Below, in pieces: positions 37,436 to 46,477 of a DNA stretch of 64,000 nucleotides (the stretch's first letter is position 1; each line of letters begins with the position of its first letter). The position numbers and the translations under genes were made by a program. Location: positions 44,767-108,766 of the forward strand of contig CAYSBL010000003.1 in assembly GCA_964429295.1 (NCBI GenBank), given 5' to 3'. The stretch comes from an uncultured Rikenellaceae bacterium. GTDB lineage: Bacteria > Bacteroidota > Bacteroidia > Bacteroidales > VadinHA17. Under the pieces are notes generated by a model. That model saw only the letters and a program-made list of their open reading frames with translations, was not told where the DNA came from and searched no databases.

Positions 37436-38470
37436 ATGCAAAGTACAAATCTTTCCTTCCTGGTAGTCGGAGCCGGAGCAATAGGCGGGATCACCGCTGC
37501 AATCCTCAGTAAGAACGGTTTCGATGTCGACCTTTTGTGCAGGGACGAAAAACAAGCCGAAGTAATAACTGATAGCGGATTGAATGTCAGTGGTGTCTGC
37601 GGCAGTTTTTCAGTCAGGATTCAGACTTTTTCTTCAGTCAGGCAGATAAAAGGCAAAAAGGATGTGATCCTTCATGCTACAAAAGCCACAGAAATGGCAG
37701 AATCAGCCACAACTCTAATACCTTTTCTCAAGGAAGGCGGGTATTTTGTGTCAATGCAAAACGGGATCTGCGAGGACGAACTTGCATCAGTTGTCGGCGC
37801 TGATAAAGTAATAGGATGTGTTACCGGCTGGGGGGCAACCATGCACTCCGTTCAGGAACTAGAAATGACATCATCAGGCGATTTTATTATCGGATATCCC
37901 AAAAGGGAGCCTGACGAATTCCTTGAAGCCGTTGCTGAAGCACTTTCAGTAATCGTCCCGGCACGTACCACCGGTAATATCATGGGACATCTTTATTCCA
38001 AACTGATAATAAATTCATGCATTACCTCACTGGGTGCCATATGCGGGTTGTATCTGGGAAAAATGCTGGGGATCAGGAAAATCAGAAATATTTTTATTGA
38101 GATTATCAAAGAGGCAGTTGAGGTTTCCGACAGGATGGGAATCCGTATCGAAGTATTCGGCGGGAAACTGGATTTTAAAAAATTCATTGGAGGGAGCGGT
38201 TTCCTGGCAGATCTGAAACGCCACCTTATGATCAGATTTATAGGATTTAAATACAGACGCTTAAAATCCTCAAGCCTTCAGTCGCTTGAACGCGGAAGGA
38301 AAACAGAAGTTGATTTCTTCAATGGCTACATTGTCAGGAACGCTCAACAATATGGCGTTAATGTTCCCGTTAATTCCACAATAGTGGATATGATTCATGA
38401 AATTGAACTGAAGAGGCGGGGAATCTCAGTTGACAATTTCAATGATCCGGCATTTTTACGGTTCAGTTGA
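37436..38470 (+). CDS. Ketopantoate reductase (ApbA/PanE) family oxidoreductase
   Basis: 344 aa. A Rossmann motif VVGAGAIGG lies at the N-terminus. The C-terminal ApbA_C-like region contains SSLQSLERGRKTEVD. Confidence 0.7.
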   Translation: MQSTNLSFLVVGAGAIGGITAAILSKNGFDVDLLCRDEKQAEVITDSGLNVSGVCGSFSVRIQTFSSVRQIKGKKDVILHATKATEMAESATTLIPFLKEGGYFVSMQNGICEDELASVVGADKVIGCVTGWGATMHSVQELEMTSSGDFIIGYPKREPDEFLEAVAEALSVIVPARTTGNIMGHLYSKLIINSCITSLGAICGLYLGKMLGIRKIRNIFIEIIKEAVEVSDRMGIRIEVFGGKLDFKKFIGGSGFLADLKRHLMIRFIGFKYRRLKSSSLQSLERGRKTEVDFFNGYIVRNAQQYGVNVPVNSTIVDMIHEIELKRRGISVDNFNDPAFLRFS

Positions 38471-38506
38471 GATTGACCTTCCGCCCGATTCTGATAAGAT
38501 ACAGGA

Positions 38507-38881
38507 ATGAACGAATTGAGGATAGCAGCAACAAAAAGTTCTCCTGAGATACTGTTGAGCCCCGGAGGGATGATCAGGATCAAAGGACGGTCAATTCATG
38601 AAAACACACTCGATTTCTTCAGGCCTGTTGAAGATTGGATTAATAATTATGTTCTTGATCCCGCAGATGTTACATGTATCGACATGAACCTGGAATATTT
38701 CAACAGCGCCAGCGCAAAATTCATGATACATCTGTTTCAGAAAATATCCCGGGTCAGGCTGCTTAACAGGAAGTTAATCGTTAACTGGTACTATGAAGAG
38801 GGCGATGAGGATATTTATGAAAGGGGAGAGTACTTTTCATCAGTACTTAAAATTCCCTTTAATTTCATAAGGACCGCCTGA
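38507..38881 (+). CDS. DUF1987 (SiaC-like) domain protein
   Basis: 124 aa. The pattern SSPEILLSPGGMIRIKGRSIHENTLDFFRPVEDWI...LEYFNSASAKFM...VNWYYEEGDED is characteristic of DUF1987. Confidence 0.7.
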   Translation: MNELRIAATKSSPEILLSPGGMIRIKGRSIHENTLDFFRPVEDWINNYVLDPADVTCIDMNLEYFNSASAKFMIHLFQKISRVRLLNRKLIVNWYYEEGDEDIYERGEYFSSVLKIPFNFIRTA

Positions 38882-38920
38882 TTTCCGGTCAGATACTATT
38901 GTCAGGGTTCTGGCAGAAAT

Positions 38921-40168
38921 TCAATTGACCGAGGGATTACTTACCCTTCCCATGAACAGGATCGCATTGGTGGATGTTTCCCTTATTATGTACAGAAATG
39001 GATGATCCATCCTGAACTCAAGCGGGGGAGGGGGCATTGAGGTAACTCCTACGGTCACGACTGTTGCTGCAGCCGCCTCGGTACCTTCTTCATTTGTTTC
39101 AATGAAGGTCTGATGGGCAACATCGGTCAGCAAAAGATCGTATTGTTCAGAAATATTTGAAAAATCCGCATTGTCAGTGAATGCTATTCCCATTCCCATA
39201 TCCGAGAGTATGTCCTTTAGGGTTCTCTTGAATCCATATTTGAACCTTGGAAAGGATACTTCAATCTCCCGTTCAGTCATCTGATTAACCCAAAGCTCAT
39301 AATCCCGGCTGTTTATGAGCGTAAGAGTGCTGTTTAATCCTTGCTTTTCGTCGGGAAGAATAACATCCATTACATAGTTACCCTGTCCATATGGGAATTC
39401 GGCAATTTTGAAGCCGTTTCCTTCAAAAACCTTATATTCCTTCTTTTTTTTCATCATAGGTACCGTCACCTGCGAGTTTCCGCTTATGAAAAAAGCTTCA
39501 TCTATAGTTAAGGACTTGTCAAACTGAAGTTTCCATTGTCCCTTGAAGTAGATTGCATTGATCAGCAGCATTACCGTATTATCCGGCAGTTCACTTATCA
39601 TTTCCCTTATCAGTCCGTTGGTTTTATCCTCGATCCATTTGTTCATAAGCCCCGGTGCTGAAGGATCATCAATGTCAAACGGCTTCGATTCAGCATCATA
39701 GTAACTGGTAAGGATGTCGATGAAGGCTTTTTTTACATCAAAATTGTCCTCTGTCCAGACTGAATTGGCAATAGAAATCAGTATCTTCTTATCGATATTC
39801 AGAAGGGCTTCTGTCAAAGTCTTGTACGACTTGTTCAGTGTTTCCATGTCAATACCGCTGATCCTGAGCGTTTCCATCATAGCATCCCGTGTTCCTCCTT
39901 CTGCACCGTTCAGAGTCATTGAAAGGGCATAAGAAATGCTCAGGGGAGATATCATTACGTTCTGACCGGGCTCAGCATTCCCGGCAACCTTGCCGAAGAT
40001 GTCAAAGGCGAACTCATTACCTGATTCTATGATCACAGTCTGAGCTTCAGTCAGATTAATGGGAACAGGATCGGTGACCGGATCATCCTCTTTCTTGCTA
40101 CACGACAACATGATCAGAATTGTGATAACGAGGAAAGTCTGAGATGTGATTCTAACGAATGTCTTCAT
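38921..40168 (-). CDS. Serpin-family protease inhibitor, lipoprotein
   Basis: The ATG at 40168 gives MKTFVRI...LSCSKKEDD, which includes a lipobox. The serpin hinge EEGTEAAAATVV and a C-terminal HPFLYIIRE...ILFMGRV are present. Confidence 0.85.
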   Translation of the reverse strand: MKTFVRITSQTFLVITILIMLSCSKKEDDPVTDPVPINLTEAQTVIIESGNEFAFDIFGKVAGNAEPGQNVMISPLSISYALSMTLNGAEGGTRDAMMETLRISGIDMETLNKSYKTLTEALLNIDKKILISIANSVWTEDNFDVKKAFIDILTSYYDAESKPFDIDDPSAPGLMNKWIEDKTNGLIREMISELPDNTVMLLINAIYFKGQWKLQFDKSLTIDEAFFISGNSQVTVPMMKKKKEYKVFEGNGFKIAEFPYGQGNYVMDVILPDEKQGLNSTLTLINSRDYELWVNQMTEREIEVSFPRFKYGFKRTLKDILSDMGMGIAFTDNADFSNISEQYDLLLTDVAHQTFIETNEEGTEAAAATVVTVGVTSMPPPPLEFRMDHPFLYIIRETSTNAILFMGRVSNPSVN

Positions 40169-40308
40169 AATCAACAGTATTTGATTGAAAATGTCTCGTC
40201 GTTCGGTTCCGCGCTGCCTCTCTTAAAAAAGGGAACCTCTTGTATTAAACGTTACTGAATGACGTTTTGTGACATTAAAAGATCAAAAATTGTGCCGCCG
40301 GGTTACTA

Positions 40309-40869
40309 TTAATTTCTTCTTTTCTGTTTCCGGTTGGCATCAATGTAAGTCTTCAGATAGAATACAGATACCGTTAACAAAATAAGGCTCAGCGTCAACA
40401 GGACGATGAACGAGAGCACGGTGGTTTTCTCGGTCCCGGGTATCGGGTCCCTGAGCCGCATGACATACCCCAGGATCGCGAAAATGAAAATGGTCATCGA
40501 AACGGCAAATGCAAAAATGGCAGAGGTGATATTGAATATCCTGGTCGATTTGTAATATTTGCTGTTCTTGAACTGGTTGAATGAACTTCTTGCGTAATAT
40601 TGTGCACGCTGGCGTGATCTGTCCTGCCTGTATTTTCTCCATTCTTCAACTATCCTGAAATAGTCCTCATCATTAAGCTGGCCCTTTTCGTGGTGAGTCA
40701 TCAGGAAATCATAGGCTTCTGTCGCTTCAATGAACTTTTCCTTTGCCCCCGGAGTCCGGTTTATGTCGGGATGGTACAAACGGGCCTTTTTCCTGTAAGC
40801 CTTCTTGATGTCTTCAAGGGAGGAATTCAGCGGGATGCCAAGTATGCTGTAGTATTCTGATATGAGCAT
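40309..40869 (-). CDS. J-domain (DnaJ-like) membrane protein
   Basis: 186 aa. The N-terminal J domain carries HPD (YYSILGI...AYRKKARLYHPDINR). Two C-terminal TM helices are present. Confidence 0.8.
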   Translation of the reverse strand: MLISEYYSILGIPLNSSLEDIKKAYRKKARLYHPDINRTPGAKEKFIEATEAYDFLMTHHEKGQLNDEDYFRIVEEWRKYRQDRSRQRAQYYARSSFNQFKNSKYYKSTRIFNITSAIFAFAVSMTIFIFAILGYVMRLRDPIPGTEKTTVLSFIVLLTLSLILLTVSVFYLKTYIDANRKQKRRN

Positions 40870-40966
40870 TCACCGGTAATTATAGAATTTAGTAATTCCT
40901 GTTATTAACAGGTTTTCGTGCTTTTCTTTTAAAAGTATTATCCATGCGCATCCTTCTGAGGGTTTA

Positions 40967-41539
40967 TCAAACAATCCCTGTAAATCCCATGAAAGCCAGG
41001 GCAAGAATTCCTGCAGCAACCAGTGAGATGGGAACACCTTTCATTACCCTGGGGATATCCACAAGTTCAAATTGTTCCCTCAGTCCGGCCAACAGGATTA
41101 ATGCAAGCCCGAAACCTAGTGCAGTGGCTGCTGAATAAACAACCCCCTCAATCAGATTGTAATCCTTTTTGATCACCAGGATTGCCACTCCGAGAACAGC
41201 ACAGTTTGTGGTAATAAGGGGCAGAAAAATACCCAGGGCCTGGTAAAGCGGCTGGCTGATCTTCTTGAGGACTATCTCAACCATCTGAACAAGGGCCGCA
41301 ATGACCAGAATAAAGGTAATCGTCTGCATAAAGGCTATACCCAGTCTGTCAAGTACATATACCTGAATAAGGTAAGTGACAATTGTAGCGAGCACCATAA
41401 CGAAAGTCACGGCTGCCGACATGCCAAGCGAGGTATTAACTTTGGTCGACACTCCAAGGAACGGACACACTCCCAGGAACTGGGCCAGAACAATATTGTT
41501 TACAAGTAAAGCTGAAATTATTATCAGGATATATTCCAT
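40967..41539 (-). CDS. rnfA: Rnf electron transport complex subunit A
   Basis: 190 aa, polytopic. It has the RnfA/NqrE-type sequence (LGVCPFLGVS, PLITTNCAVLG). Confidence 0.9.
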   Translation of the reverse strand: MEYILIIISALLVNNIVLAQFLGVCPFLGVSTKVNTSLGMSAAVTFVMVLATIVTYLIQVYVLDRLGIAFMQTITFILVIAALVQMVEIVLKKISQPLYQALGIFLPLITTNCAVLGVAILVIKKDYNLIEGVVYSAATALGFGLALILLAGLREQFELVDIPRVMKGVPISLVAAGILALAFMGFTGIV

Positions 41540-41550
41540 TGTTTTTGTTA

Positions 41551-42132
41551 TTAATTCTGCTTGATCTTATTTACAAGTGCAATCATGTATCCGAGGGCTA
41601 TAAATGCACCGGGAGCAAGAATGAAAACCAGGATGCCGTCGCCCTGAATGAATTTATATCCGAAAATTGCCCCGCTTCCAAGAATTTCCCGGAAGGCTCC
41701 AAGTAATCCGAGAGCAAGGGTAAAGCCAAGCCCCATCCCCAATCCGTCAATGAACGATGACCAGACTGTGTTCTTGCTTGCGAATGCTTCGGCCCGGCCA
41801 AGCACAATGCAGTTTACCACTATAAGGGGAATGAATATCCCGAGGGTTTTGTATAGATCCGGTACATAGGCCTGCATTACCAGGTCGACTACCGTTACAA
41901 AAGAAGCTATGACAACTATGAAGGCAGGAATCCTTACCTTGTCGGGGATAAGTTTTGAAAGCATTGAAATAACCACATTTGATCCAATGAGTACGAATGT
42001 GGTTGCAAGTCCCATACCCAGTCCGTTCACGGAAGAGGATGTGGTAGCGAGTGTGGGACAGGTTCCAAGGACCATTACCAGTATCGGATTCTCCCTCAGG
42101 AGTCCTTTTGTAAAATTCTGAAGCTGATTCAT
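41551..42132 (-). CDS. rnfE: Rnf electron transport complex subunit E
   Basis: The ATG at 42132 ([16 protein letters not shown]) overlaps the rnfG stop as ATGA. The sequence is RnfE/NqrD-type ([25 protein letters not shown]). Confidence 0.9.
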   Translation of the reverse strand: MNQLQNFTKGLLRENPILVMVLGTCPTLATTSSSVNGLGMGLATTFVLIGSNVVISMLSKLIPDKVRIPAFIVVIASFVTVVDLVMQAYVPDLYKTLGIFIPLIVVNCIVLGRAEAFASKNTVWSSFIDGLGMGLGFTLALGLLGAFREILGSGAIFGYKFIQGDGILVFILAPGAFIALGYMIALVNKIKQN

Positions 42133-42704
42133 TTTATTCCTCCTTTCTGAAGAGTGTTGTACGCTCTCTGAACTGCATCGCAAAATGCCCTTGAACTTAT
42201 TGTGGCCGCAGTGATTGCATCGACAGGCCCTCCGTCCTTTTTGACCCTGAGCTCAAATTCCGCCGGGTTCTTGTCATTGAACTGATCCTTAAATTCCGGA
42301 TCAGCCATTTTTGTGCCAAGGCCGGGGGTTTCCTTGTGTTCAAGGACAGAGATATTCAGGATTGAACCATCGGGTTTGAAGCCGGCCATGAGTTTTATGT
42401 TGCCGCTGAAACCGCTGTTGGTGTAAGTGTTTACCGCGTAGCCTATGATTACATCGTCCTTTTTAGCCGGATATATTTCGAGGCTGTCGCCTTCACCGGT
42501 GGGAAGAAGGAACATCTCATCGTTTGGATTATTATTGAATTCAGGAACAACCTGCTTGATCGCGTCCAGTTTCTTGTTAAGGTTTGACAGTGCAATGGGT
42601 TCCTTTGTAACTTCATAAACAAATCCCAGCAGCGCTGATGATACCAGTGCAATAAGCGTAAGCGAAAGCGCCATGTTCCTGAATGTCGATTCAGTCTTAG
42701 CCAT
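42129..42704 (-). CDS. rnfG: Rnf electron transport complex subunit G (FMN-binding)
   Basis: The first ATG is at 42704, and the track ORF starts at a TTG at 42722. A single TM is followed by an FMN_bind domain with the covalent-FMN motif region [12 protein letters not shown]. Confidence 0.85.
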   Translation of the reverse strand: MAKTESTFRNMALSLTLIALVSSALLGFVYEVTKEPIALSNLNKKLDAIKQVVPEFNNNPNDEMFLLPTGEGDSLEIYPAKKDDVIIGYAVNTYTNSGFSGNIKLMAGFKPDGSILNISVLEHKETPGLGTKMADPEFKDQFNDKNPAEFELRVKKDGGPVDAITAATISSRAFCDAVQRAYNTLQKGGIK

Positions 42705-43698
42705 TTTTAACCTCCTCCCCAAATCTACCGGGTTTTATGTAAGCATTCATAAGCGGGACGAATGCATTCATGATTAATATAGCAAACGAAACACCTTCGG
42801 GATATGCCCCGTATACCCTTATGACAACCGTTATTATGCCTATCCCGCAACCATATATGAGCATCGCCTTGGGAACCATGGGCGATGTTACATAATCCGT
42901 GGCCATGTATATAGCCCCGAGAAGCACACCGCCAGCCAGGATATGGAACATGGGATCAGCATTCTTCTCAGGATTAGCCAGCCAGAGGATGCCCGTAAAA
43001 ATTGCTATGCTCCCGATAACGGCAACCGGGATATGCCATGTGATAACCTTCCTTAGCAGCAGCCATACAAATCCTATAAGGAGGGCGATCGCGGCAACTT
43101 CACCCATCGATCCTCCTATGTCTCCGAGGAACATCTGTGCAGGAGTGGGGAGCTGTCCCATTATCTCGGACATAGTCTGGCCCCTCGCAAGCCCTCCCTT
43201 AAGAATGGCAAGTGGAGTGGCCCCCGTAACGGCATCCAGGTAACCTGTACCAAGACCTTTCGGTACAGGCCATGTGGTCATCTGCACCGGAAAGGAAATA
43301 AGCATGAAGACCCTTCCGACCAGGGCCGGGTTGAACGGATTGTTACCCAGTCCTCCAAAGGTCATTTTGGCTATAACTATAGAAACGAAGCTTCCTATTA
43401 CAACTATCAGTACAGGAATATTTGACGGAAGGTTGAAGGCAAGCAGCACGCCTGTCACCAGAGCGGAACCGTCGGTTATCGATATGGGTTTCTTAAGTAC
43501 GAATTTCTGTATAAGAAATTCAAACAGCAGGCACGACAGAACCGACGCGGCCGTGACTATTATTGCTCCGATGCCAAAGTAGAAGACAGAGACAATGAAC
43601 GCAGGAATGAGGGCAATCACGACATTGAGCATCAGCTTCCTGGTCGATTCCTTTCCATGGGCATGTGGCGACGGGGCTACATTCAGCATACTAGTCAT
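42697..43698 (-). CDS. rnfD: Rnf electron transport complex subunit D
   Basis: 333 aa, polytopic, RnfD/NqrB-type. The DAVTGATPL flavinylation region is present. Confidence 0.9.
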   Translation of the reverse strand: MTSMLNVAPSPHAHGKESTRKLMLNVVIALIPAFIVSVFYFGIGAIIVTAASVLSCLLFEFLIQKFVLKKPISITDGSALVTGVLLAFNLPSNIPVLIVVIGSFVSIVIAKMTFGGLGNNPFNPALVGRVFMLISFPVQMTTWPVPKGLGTGYLDAVTGATPLAILKGGLARGQTMSEIMGQLPTPAQMFLGDIGGSMGEVAAIALLIGFVWLLLRKVITWHIPVAVIGSIAIFTGILWLANPEKNADPMFHILAGGVLLGAIYMATDYVTSPMVPKAMLIYGCGIGIITVVIRVYGAYPEGVSFAILIMNAFVPLMNAYIKPGRFGEEVKNG

Positions 43699-43716
43699 TT
43701 TTCAGATTAATTCCGT

Positions 43717-45051
43717 TTATTTTAATACCTTCTGGCGGGCCAGTCTTATCACAGTCGATTTTCCAAGCCTTATGTAATCAAGAAGCGGCCTTCCTGCCGG
43801 ACATGTGTAACTGCAGGAGCCGCATTCCATGCAATCAGTAATTCTTTCTTTTCCGGCACGCTCAAACAGTCCCTTTTCAGCCAGCGTCATAAGCAGGTAA
43901 GGTTCCAGGTGAATCGGACAGACTGAAACACATTTAGCGCATCTGATACATGGATTAATTGTTTCCCTGACAGCTTCCGAAACAGGGATAAGAACAATAC
44001 CCGACATCCCCTTTACCACAGGCGCATCTGTGTTGCTCACTGCTTTGCCCATCATTGGACCTCCGTTAATAATCTTGCCGGTGCCTTCAGGAATCCCTCC
44101 GGCTGCTTCAAGAACCCTTGAGATAGGGGTACCGATCCTGACCATGTAATTTCCAGGCTTTTCAACGGACTTCCCCGTTACGGTGACGACCCTTTCAATA
44201 AGAGGCTTGTTTTTCTGAACTGCTTCATAAACTGCAAAGGCAGTCCCTGCATTGTGAACAACCGCTCCTACGTCGATCGGAAGTCTGCCTGAAGGGACTT
44301 CGCGGTTGATAAGTGCCTTAATGAGTTGTTTTTCTGCACCCTGGGGATACTTGACCTTCAGGGGGTGAACGCTCATGCCGGGAAAGCCTGCCGCAAGGGA
44401 TGTCAGACGGGAGATTGCATCAGGCTTGTTGTTTTCAATTCCTATCATTGCTTTTTCAACCTTAAGGGCTTTCATCAGAATGCTGACGCCAACCAGCATC
44501 TCTTCTCCCTTCTCAAGCATGAGCCTGTGGTCGGAAGTGAGATATGGTTCGCATTCCACCCCGTTTATTATCAGTACATCACACTTCTTTCCAGATGGAA
44601 CGTTAAGTTTGATGTGAGACGGAAAGGTTGCGCCGCCCATACCTACAATACCCGATTCAAAGCATTTTTTTACAATCTCTTCAGGTGACAGTTTTATGTC
44701 TTTTACGATTTCATTGGTCCGGTCAATGTTTTCAATCCACTCATCTCCTTCAACATCAATGTAAACTGACATTTGCTTCAGGCCTGAACTATCGGCTGCA
44801 GTGTCTACTTTACTTACCTTGCCTGAAACTGAAGAATGAACATTGGCTGATACAAATCCTTTTCCTTCTGCGATCAGTTGGCCGGTTTTTACTTTGTCTC
44901 CCTTTGCAACTATCGGATTAGCCGGAGCGCCAATATGCTGGGATAAAGGAATAATTATGTTCCCGGGAACCGGAAGATACTCGATCGGAATACCGGCTGT
45001 CAGCTTGTTCTCGGGTGGATGAACACCTCCTGTTGGGAATGTTTTAAGCAC
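43717..45051 (-). CDS. rnfC: Rnf electron transport complex subunit C
   Basis: 444 aa with a GTG start and the conserved N-terminus MLKTFPTGGVHPPENK. GMGGATFP and two ferredoxin motifs (CIRCAKCVSVCP, CMECGSCSYTCP) are present. Confidence 0.9.
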   Translation of the reverse strand: MLKTFPTGGVHPPENKLTAGIPIEYLPVPGNIIIPLSQHIGAPANPIVAKGDKVKTGQLIAEGKGFVSANVHSSVSGKVSKVDTAADSSGLKQMSVYIDVEGDEWIENIDRTNEIVKDIKLSPEEIVKKCFESGIVGMGGATFPSHIKLNVPSGKKCDVLIINGVECEPYLTSDHRLMLEKGEEMLVGVSILMKALKVEKAMIGIENNKPDAISRLTSLAAGFPGMSVHPLKVKYPQGAEKQLIKALINREVPSGRLPIDVGAVVHNAGTAFAVYEAVQKNKPLIERVVTVTGKSVEKPGNYMVRIGTPISRVLEAAGGIPEGTGKIINGGPMMGKAVSNTDAPVVKGMSGIVLIPVSEAVRETINPCIRCAKCVSVCPIHLEPYLLMTLAEKGLFERAGKERITDCMECGSCSYTCPAGRPLLDYIRLGKSTVIRLARQKVLK

Positions 45052-45076
45052 AGTTATTCAGTTTAATTTGTCATTA

Positions 45077-45940
45077 CTAAGCCTTTACTGCTTCGACTTC
45101 AGCTTCTGCCTTCGGCTTTCTCGGCGGAAAGTTGATCTCAAGTATTGCATTTGTGGGGCACTCCTCAACACATTTCCTGCAGAATGTGCATTTGGCTGCG
45201 TCTATATAGGCAAGATTGTTTTCCAGTGTAATTGCATCAAATGTACAAACCTTCTGGCATTTACCGCATCCTATACAGGCCACCCTGCAGGCTTTTCTTG
45301 CGGGACCTCCCTTGTCGCAGTTTGAGCATGCGACATAAATTTTCCTGTCTTTCTTTGCCTTTTTGCGCAATTCAATCAGATTTCTGGGACATGCCTTGAC
45401 ACACGCGCCACAGGAAGTGCATTTTTCATCTGAAATGACCGGAAGTCCTGTAACGATATCTATGTGAAGGGCATCAAAGGTGCAGGCTTTCTCACAATCG
45501 CCATAGCCGAGGCATCCGTAGCCGCAATCTGTTTCACCGATGTAAAGGCTGTTAACTATCCTGCAATCTGCAGCTCCGTTGTAAACCGAAGTGCGGGGAC
45601 GGTGTTCCGGAGCTCCGTTGCATTTTAGCACAGCAACTTTAGGATCGGAAGCCGGAGCTGTTCTTCCCAGAAGTCCGGCAATGTCTCCCATTACGGCTGC
45701 TCCGCCAACCGGACAGTTAAGCCCCTCAAAACTTTCGGATTTAACTATGGCTTCAGCAAGGTTCCTGCAACCGGCAAAACCGCATCCGCCACAGTTGGCC
45801 GCAGGTAAAAGAGCCTGTACCTCATCAATCCTGGGGTCTTCATATACCTTGAACTTCTGTGCGATAAAATACAGGATGACAGCCGAGAGAAAGGCCAGCA
45901 GGCTAAGACTGATTATTGTTATAAGAATTGTCTGACTCAT
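45077..45940 (-). CDS. rnfB: Rnf electron transport complex subunit B (polyferredoxin)
   Basis: 287 aa. An N-terminal TM is followed by CGGCGFAGC and multiple CxxCxxCxxxCP motifs. Confidence 0.9.
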   Translation of the reverse strand: MSQTILITIISLSLLAFLSAVILYFIAQKFKVYEDPRIDEVQALLPAANCGGCGFAGCRNLAEAIVKSESFEGLNCPVGGAAVMGDIAGLLGRTAPASDPKVAVLKCNGAPEHRPRTSVYNGAADCRIVNSLYIGETDCGYGCLGYGDCEKACTFDALHIDIVTGLPVISDEKCTSCGACVKACPRNLIELRKKAKKDRKIYVACSNCDKGGPARKACRVACIGCGKCQKVCTFDAITLENNLAYIDAAKCTFCRKCVEECPTNAILEINFPPRKPKAEAEVEAVKA

Positions 45941-45947
45941 CAGGTGA

Positions 45948-46370
45948 TTATTTTTTTAAAGTAAAGGTGAAACTCCTGGCAAGCTTTTTCCGGAACAGAT
46001 AAAGGATCAGAAACCAAGGAACCAGAAGGGCGATTGAAATCAGACCTGCCGTAAGTTCATCCACTGCCAGCAGCTGAAGGATAAAAAGGCCTCCGATTAC
46101 AATAAGAAAAGGTACCAGGTAGCTTAAAATGACAGCTTTCATTCCTGCCGATTCCTTCATCTCAACGGTCACCTTGTCGCCGGGAGATACATCGTATTTT
46201 CCCATGATATCGAGGATCTTCTCCTCACTTTCAGTCATCCCGCACATTCCCCGGGCCTGGCAGCCTGCACATGCAGCACATGAGACAATACTGACAACAA
46301 CAGAATCGGGGCCTGCTTCTCTTACCGTCCCGTCATGCTGTATAGTTCTTTTTTTTCCCGATTCTATCAT
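45948..46370 (-). CDS. rseC: RseC/MucC-family (SoxR-reducing system) membrane protein
   Basis: The ATG at 46370 gives MIESGKKRTIQHDGTVRE. A Cys cluster CAACAGCQARGMC is followed by two TMs. It lies directly upstream of rnfB, as is usual in Bacteroidota. Confidence 0.7.
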   Translation of the reverse strand: MIESGKKRTIQHDGTVREAGPDSVVVSIVSCAACAGCQARGMCGMTESEEKILDIMGKYDVSPGDKVTVEMKESAGMKAVILSYLVPFLIVIGGLFILQLLAVDELTAGLISIALLVPWFLILYLFRKKLARSFTFTLKK

Positions 46371-46397
46371 CTGAACATCAGCCCGGTTTGAAGAGGT

Positions 46398-46405
46398 CAA
46401 ATTTA
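46398..46405 (-). promoter_or_regulatory. Candidate TAnnTTTG promoter box for the rseC-rnf operon
   Basis: The minus strand reads TAAATTTG, 28 nt upstream of the ATG at 46370. It sits inside the TTG-started extension of the track ORF, which supports the shorter rseC. Confidence 0.35.
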
Positions 46406-46477
46406 CCAAAGCCTGCTTTATTTGAACTGTTTTTTATCAGGTTTTAACGGGTGCGAAATTATTTATAATCATTCTAA

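Noticed and set aside
40898-40912. Hairpin CCTGTT-att-AACAGG between rnfA and the J-domain gene, as a possible rnf terminator
   Set aside because: The stem is only 6 bp. The T-run lies on the plus strand, where no gene ends. On the transcribed minus strand it is followed by AATTACT, so a terminator call is not supported.
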